Source of the DNA: Amphiscolops sp. MND2022 | Lineage: Eukaryota | NCBI GenBank assembly: GCA_964187785.1 | Contig: OZ076413.1 | Location: 63,612,001-63,676,000 of the forward strand | Length of the DNA stretch: 64,000 bases | Direction: 5' to 3' | Shown: in pieces, positions 26,379-36,846 of the stretch | Layout: each line of letters starts with the position of its first letter | Position numbering within the stretch: position 1 is the first letter of the stretch | Notes under the pieces: model-generated | Told to the model about the DNA's origin: nothing | Databases searched by the model: none | The model's input: only the letters and a program-made list of their open reading frames with translations | Program-made: the position numbers and the translations under genes

Positions 26379-26473
26379 AACCTTTGTTTGCTGCTGGGAA
26401 TAAATACTTGATGATAAAGTAGGGGATAGTAGAAAAATAAAGGAATTTGTTCGCATGCAGAGCAGGGAGTTGG

Positions 26474-26911
26474 CTACTCCTGAGACCAGAAGTCGCGGTC
26501 GGATGAACAAATGTTCTCGAAATGCCGAACGCTCTGTGTAAGCTCCATCGGCGAGAATCCCGTGCGAACACGCCTCAGTTTCGGGAACTTTTTACAGAGC
26601 TCGTATATTCTTTTTGCCTCCGCGACTTTGGTCTTTCCCAGGAAGACACCGAACTTCTGAAGCTCGCTGGCAATTCGAGCGCAATTTTTTGTTGCGAGTT
26701 GGTGCTGGAGCACTTCCACAACCATTCCTCCGATATAAAAAACTTGGTCTATCAGACCTAAATTCTGCTCGCGCTCGAGCTGAAATATTCTTCGGCAGAC
26801 TTGCCCGAAGTCCACAGAACGATCAAATAAGTTTTCATTTCGTAGCGCAGGTGATGATGACGGTGATTGCAAGCCGGACAAAAGTTTCTCTTTAACTTCG
26901 GCCTCTGTCAA
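26474..26911 (-). CDS. Polinton accessory protein, helical, unknown function (145 aa)
   Basis: Intact ATG ORF, last in the co-oriented cassette; abuts the upstream ORF. Confidence 0.7.
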   Translation of the reverse strand: MTEAEVKEKLLSGLQSPSSSPALRNENLFDRSVDFGQVCRRIFQLEREQNLGLIDQVFYIGGMVVEVLQHQLATKNCARIASELQKFGVFLGKTKVAEAKRIYELCKKFPKLRRVRTGFSPMELTQSVRHFENICSSDRDFWSQE

Positions 26912-27250
26912 TTAACGTTTTCGTCTTTTTGGGACAGGGGCCGCATCGGAGGTGACTTCGGGAGACGATATGCTAGCTTCTGTAGCTGTCTCTTCCTGCT
27001 GCTGTTCTGGAAGCGGCTGCAACAAGAGGTCGTTCAGAAATGAATTAAACGATGGCAAGCTCATTTCCGCATTGGCCGGGGGAGGAACACGGGACCCTGT
27101 CCGCGAGCTCACAGAGAGCATTGCGGAAATCGAACGTAAAATGCTATCAGCACGTTCGAATTGGTTTGGTGTCACAACCAAACCCGTTAACGAGTTTCGC
27201 AGCTGCATAAAAGCTGCTCTAAGGCTACTCGGGAACTGAAACAAAAACAA
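26912..27250 (-). CDS. Small Polinton protein with C-terminal NLS-like PVPKRRKR (112 aa)
   Basis: Intact ORF directly downstream of the protease; stop codon abuts the next start. Confidence 0.65.
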   Translation of the reverse strand: MFLFQFPSSLRAAFMQLRNSLTGLVVTPNQFERADSILRSISAMLSVSSRTGSRVPPPANAEMSLPSFNSFLNDLLLQPLPEQQQEETATEASISSPEVTSDAAPVPKRRKR

Positions 27251-27366
27251 CGAACATACTGAACACGTAAATTACTATACTTCACATAAAACATTGATTA
27301 AAATTATGTCAGTAAAGTTGCACAGTCAAATTTTACAAACTCTGAGCTTAAATATTATATCATGCG

Positions 27367-27850
27367 CTATCTTGAAAGATGGACTAAAAATCTCAAAACG
27401 TCTTCTTCTGTGGCATATGACGGAAAACTCGAAATTTGAATCAATTTTTCGCTTGTAAGTGACTGTTTTGTTCTATAGTAAAAATGTGCCAAACAAATAC
27501 AATATATGCCACAGAATTGACTATCAGCAGGCTGAAGTAGCGTCGAAGATGGCTTGTATTGAAAGATACTTTGATTTCTCGGACGGACGGATCGACCAAC
27601 TTTTGCAAAGATGTCCGCAAAATACTCTCGGAAATCTCTCCCGAAACTATCGTAAAGTAACACTGTGTCATCTTTCGAAGCGATGAGTAGCCAGTGTTCA
27701 CCAGGTTGAGTTGAGGGATGTGTGTTCACAATAATGAATCCATTTTTTTTGCAAGGCAGGAAATGTATCTCGGGCATAACAACCTCGAAACCGGAATTTG
27801 AGTACTGGGTCTTTGTTTATCAGGTCCGTTAACTGAGTGTTGTCAACCAT
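27367..27850 (-). pseudogene. Adenain-like cysteine maturation protease (one frameshift in a poly-A run near 27745)
   Basis: IVNTHPSTQPGEHWLLI, YDSFG, QPADSQFCGIYC; N-terminus MVDNTQL...FRGCYARD lies in the adjacent frame. Confidence 0.9.
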
Positions 27851-29179
27851 TGTAAATACTGGAGTTTTTGATAACTTCTCTGTTGCGATCAATGAGAACG
27901 ATGGACCTCCTCTCGCCCATCAAAATGAGACGAATTGGTTTTGTTGTTGCTTTGGAGAACTTCAGCTCTAGACCCAGCCGCGCGCCAGTGAGTTCAGGAC
28001 GAAATGTGTTGTCCTCGATGTGGTAATCAGCAGTTAATTTAAAAACCAGACAGAAATGGTTATTGAAATTGTCAAGAGTGATACCGTTACCACCATGTTC
28101 AAAACCAAGTGCCTTCAGAGTGTTGTAATAAGAACGAACGAGATTATCATTAAGATGCAAAGGCGTGGCCCCTACAAGTGCTCCCTCTCGATTGATTCGT
28201 ACAGTCTCGAGGTCCATTTGCTGAAAGTGGAAAGGATTTGTTTCGAAATTACCACTGAAGCTAGTTTCCGGCACCAAAAACAACACCAATCGACTTATCG
28301 GGGCACGGTTGAAGAGGTCGTCTCTGTAATACATAGTGACGCCGCTGGAGATTAGGAACGATTTGGGGACCATCTCACGAAAATCGTAGTGAGCGGCTTT
28401 TTTGGACAACATTCGCTCGATTGTTAGAAAAGTCTCAATTTTCAATTCCAGCTTGTGAACCAACAGGGAAGCGCTTACAATTTGTAAGGAGAAATCACCT
28501 GCTGAGTCTTTCGCACCTCCTTCATGGACCAACACAAATTGGTCGGGTGCGCGATAAAGTCGAATTCCGACCTCGACACCAGGAAGTAGAAACTTATGAT
28601 TGTCTGCCAAGAAGTTATCGGCAATTCTACCGTAAAGACTCCACTTTGACGTCAAATTTTCACCAACTTCTTCCTGTTGCTGAATGCCTCATCACCACTA
28701 ATGTCTCCAGGATTTGTTTCGAAACTGTACCCTTGACAGCGTAGCCAGCCTTCTTTACACGAAGCGTTATGCGAAAGTTCTGCCTCAACCAACGCTTTGT
28801 ATGGATATAAGTTGTTTGCTGACGACACTGGTGTCCCGTTAAGGGAAACCTCTACATTTTGGAATAAACTATGCATTAAATTGTTAACAAAAACAGGTTT
28901 CTTATCAGTTACATCGTCATCATCACCTCTGCCAACAAATTTCATTTTGACCTCCAATTTCAGGAAAAGATTAACCAAGTCTATTACTGTACCTCGAATG
29001 TCGGTTTTGGCCCCCTGGAAATCAAACTCCAACACCGGCCCATCCGCACTGTTTGCAGTGAAAATTTCCTCATGATAACCACGTTGAAAATCGACAAGGA
29101 TCTCAGAGGTCCCAAACAATGACAGTCCTGAATGCATGCCAGGTACTGGTGGCTCGGAGTAAATAAATGTATCAGGCAT
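27843..29179 (-). pseudogene. Major capsid protein (double jelly-roll, PY/hexon-like), frameshifted near 28655
   Basis: LSLFGT..., GPVLEFDF, FVNNLMHSLFQNVEVSLNG, LYPYKALVE, NPFHFQ, LKFSKATTKPIRLILMGE; two consecutive ORFs, about 445 aa combined. Confidence 0.88.
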
Positions 29180-29259
29180 AATGAAAAGTGAAGTATAATT
29201 AACAGTTGAAAGTTTTTAATCTCAGTTATCGTAGCAAACGAAAAGATGTTCAGGCGCGA

Positions 29260-29811
29260 TCAACTATCGAAGCAAAAAAGTCTTGCCGGCTTCTTTTTTT
29301 TTGATTTTGTTTTCCGTCGACGGACTGGTTTCCGTCCGATAGGAGAATCAAGTGACGATTTTTTCTTCTTTTTCAAAGGTTTCCGGCGACGCTGCTTGCT
29401 TTTCTTCTTCTTTAGCTTCGATTTCTTTTTTAGTTTCGGGTAGCGACCTTTTTTTCCCCGAGGAACGCCACTAACACGACGCCGGCGACCGGAGCCCATT
29501 TGTTGTCGGATAGTTTCTTTAATTGCATTTTTCATGGCTGTTTTTGGCTTTGTACTTCCGTCCAAAAGGTTTATAACTTCTGGCGCTGCCTGTTGTAGAA
29601 AAATCTTTGCCACAGGAATACCATGACGCTTAACCATGGGAATGACGAAGCCTTTGAGGCCAGCTTTGATTGCGGTACCTATGCCGCTACCGTATTGGCG
29701 GTAGGGTGATCCTTGGAAGTAATTCAAAGTAGGATGTTGTGGTCTGTTGTGATTAGAATAGCTCATTACACCTCCAGGTTGACTTTTTTGCAGGACACAA
29801 AAGTAAAGCAA
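29260..29811 (-). CDS. Putative virion core / membrane-active protein (PW/cupiennin-like) with a very basic tail
   Basis: QYGSG/IGTAIKAGLKGFVIP amphipathic segment after a protease-site-like motif; Lys/Arg-rich C-terminus; lies between mCP and MCP. Confidence 0.7.
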   Translation of the reverse strand: MLYFCVLQKSQPGGVMSYSNHNRPQHPTLNYFQGSPYRQYGSGIGTAIKAGLKGFVIPMVKRHGIPVAKIFLQQAAPEVINLLDGSTKPKTAMKNAIKETIRQQMGSGRRRRVSGVPRGKKGRYPKLKKKSKLKKKKSKQRRRKPLKKKKKSSLDSPIGRKPVRRRKTKSKKKKPARLFCFDS

Positions 29812-29983
29812 CCAGTTTGGTCTGAAGAGATTACAATTATGAATTAGGATTTTTTATTTGTTTTTAAAAAATGGCCAATGCTCCAAAGAAAGCAGTGGTA
29901 ACAATCATGCACTTTTGAAACACTTAAAAGCTAAACAAAGGAAATAAATACCATGCGTGTTATGATAAGGAAAATGGAAAGAA

Positions 29984-30814
29984 TCAAGTTTTCTTTCTCA
30001 ATAAAAGAGTTAATGTTGTTCTTCCGACGCCAACGAAAGGTATCAGATCTCCTGTATCAGTGCGTAATTCTATCAGCAAGTCGGTCAAAGTTTTCTTTGA
30101 CACTTTTTTGAATACTGGAGTTGAAAAAGACCTGAAAGAAGAAACGCCGTATCCGAAACTCCCCCCAGGTTTCTCCTCCAAATCTCTTGGCGGCATCTGC
30201 TGAGGGTTGAATAAAGGGAAAGTGTTCAATAGAGGCGCTCTACTGTTTCCAACAAACTGCTGTTCTATGAAATCACCATACACGTAAACTTGATGCCAAT
30301 GATGAATATCAACTGGGAAAAAGGATGGCATGTCATGAAAATGAGGTCGATGCTTCCAGGGAGACTTCACGCGCTGACATCCAAGAATATGGAAAAGATC
30401 GGGCGACATATTTGCAAATTTGACAGTATTTGGGTAATTCAAAACAAATTTGTTTTCGGCATCGATTTTCCAACTGAAATAAACTTTCAACTTTTCTTTA
30501 TTCCATGCCCCTCGCGCACGATGAATGCTTCTATTCATCTCATCAATGATTTCCTGCACGTCGTTGTAAACACCCCTCTCAAATTTGCAGTTTTTGACCC
30601 ACTTCTTTCCACCTACATCCCAATAGAAATCAAAGTAGGAGTCGCGTACGTTGTAAATCTTCCGGGGATACGCTATTTCGGTGATCGCAACCTCCCACGG
30701 GCCATCAAGTTCAATGGAAGTCGGGAGGCATGTCCTGAATGAAGCCAGAGTGTTCGACTGATACACATCAAGGGAAGCATTAGACGAGAGTGTGATTGTG
30801 AAGGACTCACTCAT
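29984..30814 (-). CDS. Minor capsid protein (penton, PX)
   Basis: FTITLSSNAS...SNTLASFRTCLPTSIELDGPWEVAITEIAYP N-terminus; VYVYGDFIEQQFVGNSRAPLL; IELRTDTG...TTLTLLLR C-terminus. Confidence 0.9.
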   Translation of the reverse strand: MSESFTITLSSNASLDVYQSNTLASFRTCLPTSIELDGPWEVAITEIAYPRKIYNVRDSYFDFYWDVGGKKWVKNCKFERGVYNDVQEIIDEMNRSIHRARGAWNKEKLKVYFSWKIDAENKFVLNYPNTVKFANMSPDLFHILGCQRVKSPWKHRPHFHDMPSFFPVDIHHWHQVYVYGDFIEQQFVGNSRAPLLNTFPLFNPQQMPPRDLEEKPGGSFGYGVSSFRSFSTPVFKKVSKKTLTDLLIELRTDTGDLIPFVGVGRTTLTLLLRKKT

Positions 30815-30919
30815 GGTACCACCAGTTACATTACTTGACCAAAAACATAGAGGCTTGATGGTAGAAAAAATTAAATGGTGGTGGTGTCGTAGACTGTGCT
30901 AAAGGGTAGCAGCTACAGC

Positions 30920-31933
30920 TCAATTTAGGATACGTTGATGACGCTGCCGGTTCCTATTCTGTAGATAGTTGAAATGAGTGAGCTCGGCGGTGTAAAATCT
31001 TCCCAAAATTGGCTCGCCTTTGATATCTTCCAATCTGTAAGTCGTTGCCAGCCCAGTTTTCTTAGGCTTACAAACTTGATGAACTTTAAAAACTTCATTG
31101 GTGTACTGTTGTTTGTAGCTTTTCCGGAATGGCATGTTTTTCAGCGCAATACGTACTCGATCACCGACTTCAAATTGAGGTTTCTGCGGACGAGTCTTTG
31201 ATTTTTCAAACTGGAGAGTAATTAGTTTGGGAACGTCTTTAGCAGTAACATTGGCAGCAGGCATACCAATGGCGCGATTGTAACGCCTATTTACAAGAGA
31301 AGCAAATTTTGGAAGTAGATGAACGTACTTGAAAGTTCGATGTTCTTCGAAAAACTTGTAGAGAATAGTTTTCAGTGTCCTGATGTAACGCTCGGCCATA
31401 CAGCTTTTTGTTTCACTGAAAGTACTGTAAACTTCGAAATTTCAAAAATTCACCCCTGAACTCTTTGCCTTGATCCACTCATAGCTTAACGGGGAACTGC
31501 ATCGTCTCGAAATTCAACATTTTCTCGAAGGCTGCTTTAGCAGCTGCAGCTGTTTTGTTCAACATCGGTTGCACCCAAATTTTTCTAGAGAGCGTGTCCA
31601 CTGCAAGAAGTAAGTATTTGTTACCATTATTAAAATTGGCCAATTTCTCCATATATGCCACATCCAGTGACCAAATATGGTTAATGCCAAGCGATACAAC
31701 AGGTAAGAGAGCGAATTTCCGTTTTGTCGCCTGAACTTTGTGTACGTCGACGACGATTGTAGGTAAGCCAAGACCTTAGAACGTGGCAAGCCACTTGCTT
31801 TCACCAAATTTTTAACGCTGCCAAAAGCGGCCGGGTCACTTGGGGAGGTATAGATTCCATGGAGTTTACGATATTCTGACTCAGTCAGCTTCCTCTCCTT
31901 GACATTTCGACGCCTGCTACGTTCGAAGGTCAT
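30920..31933 (-). pseudogene. Retroviral-like (RVE) integrase of Polinton type, with a frameshift and a premature stop
   Basis: IYTSPSDPAAFGSV; WSLDVAYM; YLLLAVDTLSRK; (W>stop)VDQGKEF; AERYIRTLK; FEVGDRVRI; GRFYTAEL. ATG overlaps the upstream stop (ATGA). No C-terminal chromodomain seen. Confidence 0.9.
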
Positions 31934-32547
31934 TGCATTCGCTGTGTATGAACGTTTTGATTTGTGATGTAGCTGAGACAATTGCGATTGATTACAAGAT
32001 CATTGGCTCGTTTTAAAGAAATTGCTTTTGTTGGGGGGAATAAAATGTTCAAAACAAGAAAGTATTCTTGGGGCACCTTTTTTCGATACTGTTGAAGATC
32101 GCGGAGAAACTGTAGAATTTTGATGCTACTCGTTGGCGTTTCATGAGCCAAATTGTTACTCGTGAAAGAGAATGTAGCATTGGATTTATTGAATCTTATT
32201 CCTCTGGTCGATATCATCAGGTCTATTAACCCCTGAACTCTTTTTCTGCGGATAGACAATTCATGTTGTGTCTTTTGTAGGTCTTTTTCAGATTCCTTCT
32301 CTGTTTTGGATTCCGGTAAAGGTTCAACAATTCCTTGGAGCCATCCTTTTTCAGCGGCGGGCGGCTCTTCACTGGAGTTTGATTGTTTTTCAAATGTTAC
32401 ATCGGGCTCAGAGTTCGGAGCATTTGGATAATGTGTTTGGTGGGTCGTGAAACATGAAGTAGTATCTGCTGTAGTACTGTTGATATCGCTGACCGATGAA
32501 GTAAGCTCAAGGTAATGAGATAGGGGAATCAACACAAATTCTTCCAT
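31930..32547 (-). CDS. Polinton accessory protein between ATPase and integrase (PZ-like, by position; 205 aa)
   Basis: MEEFVLIP N-terminus and gene position resemble those of other Polintons (from memory, unverified). Confidence 0.6.
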   Translation of the reverse strand: MEEFVLIPLSHYLELTSSVSDINSTTADTTSCFTTHQTHYPNAPNSEPDVTFEKQSNSSEEPPAAEKGWLQGIVEPLPESKTEKESEKDLQKTQHELSIRRKRVQGLIDLMISTRGIRFNKSNATFSFTSNNLAHETPTSSIKILQFLRDLQQYRKKVPQEYFLVLNILFPPTKAISLKRANDLVINRNCLSYITNQNVHTQRMQ

Positions 32548-32608
32548 CTAAATTGATCTCATTGTAATACCAAAAATAATTCGATTCGGCGTGACCCAAT
32601 TCACAGCC

Positions 32609-33715
32609 TCAACGATGATTCGGACTGTATAATGCATATTCCCGGTAAAGAATAGAAGAGGGCGACAACTTTGGAAAGGCAATGATTGGATAGTTTTTGG
32701 TCCTGTTTACAGTAATGTTGTGTGTGCCAATAGTGTGATCTTTATAGACACGAGCGTAATTGTTGAAAATTCTTTTAGGAACGTAAAACCCAGTCGGTAG
32801 AACCTTTTTGAGATTGATGAGGATCCGACTGTCTGGTTTCTCTTTCTTTTGCGTAATGTTGGTGGTTGAATGCACTTTTGATCGTTGTTTGTTTTGTTTA
32901 ATCAGCGTAGTTATGTCGTCGCTAGCTCTGCAGATACGAGTGCTAAACCTGATGGCATCATGACAGTTGGTGCTGAGATCAATCAGCAGGTGTCCATGTG
33001 GCACGGATGTGGCCAACTGGTAAGCATCTTGAAGGAACGCAGCATCAGCAAATTCCAGTTCGGACCCCAGTAGCCTGAGCTGCCGACCTATTCTTGGTGA
33101 CTTGAGAATTATCAAATGTGTTGTATTTTTGTCGACCGTGACACAATATTTACCCTGCTGGTACAAGTTATGCTTGATAAAAATCACATTGACCCCTTTA
33201 TGTCGACCAGCAGTTGCAAGATTGGCGAAGGTTGCGCTCTGAAGAATTTCTTCGCACGAGTCATCAAAAATTGCCAAGGCTTTTTCATTTCCAAACGTTG
33301 TATGGTATTTGCTTTCCTGGGATTGATGATCCAAGAGTTTTGAAATCAGTGTATCTATTCTTGAATGACTTGTCTTATGACCTGGGGTTTGGTGTTTCTG
33401 ATTACCAAGTTTTGCAAGGCCGGTTTCGTTCTCCGTTTCAACCACGTTTTCAAAGAAAACTTTGCTTGGCACATCTTGATAAAATTGTTCATATATTGTT
33501 TGCCAATGGCGGTAGAAGAGGATAACTTTTTCGAACCTCGGCCAGAAAATACCGTCGGAACGACTGGTCAGCATGTTTAGTAAAAGGTGTGTTTTACCAG
33601 AGCCTGATGCGCCACAGATACACATAAAAATGCGATTTTCTGTGGAAATTAATTTATTCATTTCGTTATTTATTTGATCTGTCGAGATTATCGGCATTGG
33701 GTAACAAGTAGGCAA
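32609..33715 (-). CDS. A32/FtsK-like genome-packaging ATPase (368 aa)
   Basis: Walker A GASGSGKT, Walker B AIFDD, arginine finger AGRH, HGHLLIDL. Confidence 0.92.
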   Translation of the reverse strand: MPTCYPMPIISTDQINNEMNKLISTENRIFMCICGASGSGKTHLLLNMLTSRSDGIFWPRFEKVILFYRHWQTIYEQFYQDVPSKVFFENVVETENETGLAKLGNQKHQTPGHKTSHSRIDTLISKLLDHQSQESKYHTTFGNEKALAIFDDSCEEILQSATFANLATAGRHKGVNVIFIKHNLYQQGKYCVTVDKNTTHLIILKSPRIGRQLRLLGSELEFADAAFLQDAYQLATSVPHGHLLIDLSTNCHDAIRFSTRICRASDDITTLIKQNKQRSKVHSTTNITQKKEKPDSRILINLKKVLPTGFYVPKRIFNNYARVYKDHTIGTHNITVNRTKNYPIIAFPKLSPSSILYREYALYSPNHR

Positions 33716-34661
33716 TGCAAGTGGAAAGAATCATGAAATGAGCAGTTCGTTCTTCACAATTCAGTGAGGATACCAATAACATTCGACTAACGGAGAACAA
33801 AACAAGACCCATGACGAAAAAAATCTGTGAGAAAAAAATGAAAAAAGTTCGGCTTATTTGCCAATTGAAGCAGAGCCAAATGTCAGAGTCCTCTTCCACG
33901 TCAAAATTTATACTGCAGGAAAGATTCATTGCGTCTTTTGACTGGTTGTAAAGACTAAGTGTTGCATTTGATTCTGGCAAACAATTATAGTCAGGGTAAT
34001 CCACGCCTTCAATCTGCGTGTCGGGTTCAATCGGCAACGCTACCGAAGTGGTTGAAACAGCAGGAACCTCGTTTTTTCCCAGATTTGCTTCATTTGATTG
34101 CTGATCGTGACGTTTTTGAGGTGATGAAAAACATTGCGCTGTTAATTCCGTTCTTTTTGAGTGTTGATTGGATGATTTCTTTACAGTGCGTTGTCTTTTC
34201 TCACTTTGGACTTTCACAGGTACTCTCGGGGCCGGAATAAGATAGGCTAACGTTGAGCTCAGAATGCTCATATAAATCGATGTATCGTGACACGAATTGT
34301 CAGTTATTTCTCGGTTCTGTTTTGTGCTTGCTTCAGTTTGGGATGTGATAAGTTTCAACAGACAGAATGCGTCAAAAATAAAAATGACAGCAAGTTGTGT
34401 CAAAAATACAGCTTGAGAAAACGGTAAGCAACGCGGTGACTGCCCAATGGACTCACAAAAAGACTCATCATTTTGTCGATCGCTAGCTTTGACCCTCTGA
34501 CTCTGACTGTGGAGGTCCGCCAACTTGTACGAGGTTAATTCTGATGACCCAGGGGATTTGTTACCAACTTTTCGTTCACTAAGAGGCGAGATGTCACTCT
34601 TTTCTAATCTCGTCTTTATTTGTGTCCTCGTCTGTTCCGTCGTGTACAAATTGTATCGCAA
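33666..34661 (-). CDS. Membrane protein with two copies of a 2-TM motif (331 aa)
   Basis: VFLTQLAVIFIF..FCLLKL...YMSILSSTLAYLIPAP and FFIFFSQIFFVMGLVLFSVSRM...FMILSTCIAYLLPNAD. Confidence 0.7.
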   Translation of the reverse strand: MRYNLYTTEQTRTQIKTRLEKSDISPLSERKVGNKSPGSSELTSYKLADLHSQSQRVKASDRQNDESFCESIGQSPRCLPFSQAVFLTQLAVIFIFDAFCLLKLITSQTEASTKQNREITDNSCHDTSIYMSILSSTLAYLIPAPRVPVKVQSEKRQRTVKKSSNQHSKRTELTAQCFSSPQKRHDQQSNEANLGKNEVPAVSTTSVALPIEPDTQIEGVDYPDYNCLPESNATLSLYNQSKDAMNLSCSINFDVEEDSDIWLCFNWQISRTFFIFFSQIFFVMGLVLFSVSRMLLVSSLNCEERTAHFMILSTCIAYLLPNADNLDRSNK

Positions 34662-34950
34662 CCATGCATCTTAAAAGCAAATAGACATTATTATCGAGAA
34701 TCTCTGTACAGTGACTTCGTTAGTATAGGCTGAGACAAAACAATACTGAAACAAAGTAGTGAGAAGCCAAAAAAATTACATTATCCACAGTATAAAATTT
34801 ATCCATAGTATTAATGTGCACATAAAGAAGAAAAAATTAAAAAAACTGATAGGGACCAAATAAAAATTTACGGTTAGAATAACGTTTGAACAAAAACAAT
34901 GAAAAAATACTAGCAAACTCTGAACACACAAAAAAAACATGAATAGGACA

Positions 34951-35886
34951 CTATGTCAAAACGCTTGTTGTCGATGTAATGGGAGCTACTGGGGTTACAA
35001 CCGGCTCCGACAAGTTGTTAATCGTCGAAGCAATGGATGTCATTGAATCAGGAGGAAGTTGAAATTCGTCTTCAGATACTTCACTGTCAAAGTCATAGTC
35101 ACCCATGTTATCATCGCTATTGTTGTCACCTTGCCCGCTGTCCGTCTCTGACTGCTGCTCGACAGGAGCACGTATATTAGCTGCCGGAAGGTAGCGCAAG
35201 TCTGATGATGTTGAAGATCGGCCACCAGCGATAATTGATGAATTGCAGGAGTTGTTTGGCTGGACTGAAGGATTGTTAGTGAGCGTGCTAGCAGTTCGAT
35301 TGGAGTCAATTGTATTTAAATCTTGTTGCGTCATCCCATCGAAACTAGATGTGCTCGGCTGCGGGGCGTAACTTCTCAATGTCGGAATTATAGAGGTTCT
35401 GGGCACACAGCAAGTATTGTTACACCAAATACCGGCAATATTCATAAAATGATTGGATCCGTTGGTATGCTGTGATGTATAGTGCCTCGTCATGTATGGC
35501 CTTTCTCTAACCAAAGTGTTTTGGGCTGAATAACCGTAATTTGCTGTATTGTTAATAACATGATTGGACGTAAAGCCAGGGTTTTGGACTGACATTGTGT
35601 AACTGGGCTGCTGGGGGGCTATTCCGCTTTGTAAATGAGAGAGGAGAATTTGTGACGGCCGGCTGTACATTGGGATACCCCGTTGAATTCTCGTGTTGTC
35701 ATTCTGAGCATTCGTGTAGTCAGGAAATGTCAAAATGTTCATTGCAAGAGGTTTGCTGTGAACTAAACTGCAATACTCTTCCCAGCTCATATCAAATTGC
35801 TGCGTGCGACCGACAGAATCCAATGGCACTGGCCCATATAAACCTCGGGGTTGCTCTCTAACTAGATACACTCTGGGATAGAGCAC
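34951..35886 (-). CDS. Orphan S/T/N/Q-rich, probably disordered protein with acidic C-terminus (311 aa)
   Basis: Long intact ATG ORF co-oriented with the cassette. Confidence 0.65.
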   Translation of the reverse strand: MLYPRVYLVREQPRGLYGPVPLDSVGRTQQFDMSWEEYCSLVHSKPLAMNILTFPDYTNAQNDNTRIQRGIPMYSRPSQILLSHLQSGIAPQQPSYTMSVQNPGFTSNHVINNTANYGYSAQNTLVRERPYMTRHYTSQHTNGSNHFMNIAGIWCNNTCCVPRTSIIPTLRSYAPQPSTSSFDGMTQQDLNTIDSNRTASTLTNNPSVQPNNSCNSSIIAGGRSSTSSDLRYLPAANIRAPVEQQSETDSGQGDNNSDDNMGDYDFDSEVSEDEFQLPPDSMTSIASTINNLSEPVVTPVAPITSTTSVLT

Positions 35887-36016
35887 TTGATGAGAGTTAT
35901 GCTAGTAATTGTTGGGTTGTGTAGGAAGGTTTTGGTAGAACTGCAATGCAATGCGCAAAGAATCTGATAATGGAACATAGGCGGACATGGCTTTTGGATG
36001 TCAATCGCTTGAGCAA

Positions 36017-36676
36017 TTATTTGAGAAGTGCGCCAAAGTATCTGAAATGAGTGGAATACCTGATTTTTAACCAGAAGAAGAAGAGAAAACCTGTAAAATG
36101 CCCAAGCCAAAAAACATTTGGTAGAAACTGAAATGGTAGCATATAGTTGTAACCGGGGCCCTTCTGACGAGTCCGATACAAGTGGCCATAAGCATCATGG
36201 AAAACAGCGTGTAACTTCAAAATTGATGATATAGTTGAAAAAACGTAATGCGTTCTGACTGTCATTCCAGGTCCAATTATACCGCCCCAAGGTGCACAAT
36301 GCGACAAATCACCCATTTTGAAAATTTTGTTGATAGCACATTGAACACAAACTCCTTGACATGTACAAGAATTCGTTTCCACGATAATTACCGTTAAAAA
36401 CAGAATATGATTGAAATAAAAACGTCGGGGGTTGGAATTGTCGAGTTGTAGGTGAATTTTCCGGCAAATAGCATCGTGATCGATATCGCTTTCGTAACTT
36501 GCTGCAATCTCTTTGAGGCAATAATCAGCCATGATATCATAGTTAGTTTTTGTGCAATGCCTGTGGAATTTGCGGGCAATTTCAAAAAACAATTCAAGTT
36601 TTGACAAAGTCAGCGCAAACATGTCTGACAGCTCCAATGTATTGAAACTGAGCAAAATGGTCTTTGCCAAAAACAC
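36017..36676 (-). CDS. Phospholipase A2-like protein (PLA2X candidate; 219 aa)
   Basis: GGIIGPGM loop followed by LHAVFHDAYG His-Asp motif, resembling parvoviral-type PLA2. Confidence 0.55.
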   Translation of the reverse strand: MFLAKTILLSFNTLELSDMFALTLSKLELFFEIARKFHRHCTKTNYDIMADYCLKEIAASYESDIDHDAICRKIHLQLDNSNPRRFYFNHILFLTVIIVETNSCTCQGVCVQCAINKIFKMGDLSHCAPWGGIIGPGMTVRTHYVFSTISSILKLHAVFHDAYGHLYRTRQKGPGYNYMLPFQFLPNVFWLGHFTGFLFFFWLKIRYSTHFRYFGALLK

Positions 36677-36846
36677 GCAATACTAAATAATCGAGTACTA
36701 GATTGTGAAAATAAAACCAATGATAGCCGACTTTTCCAAGAAAACATGGGGAAAAAACTCGCTGGGCCAGCTAAAGAATTGAAAGAAAAATAAAAATTAG
36801 ACGAAAATTTTATTAAAAGTAACCACTACGGACAACGTAAATACCA

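Noticed and set aside
33740-33765. LxCxE (LNCEE) Rb-binding motif in the 2-TM protein
   Set aside because: It sits in the short loop between two predicted TM helices and is not shared by the first repeat; likely chance.
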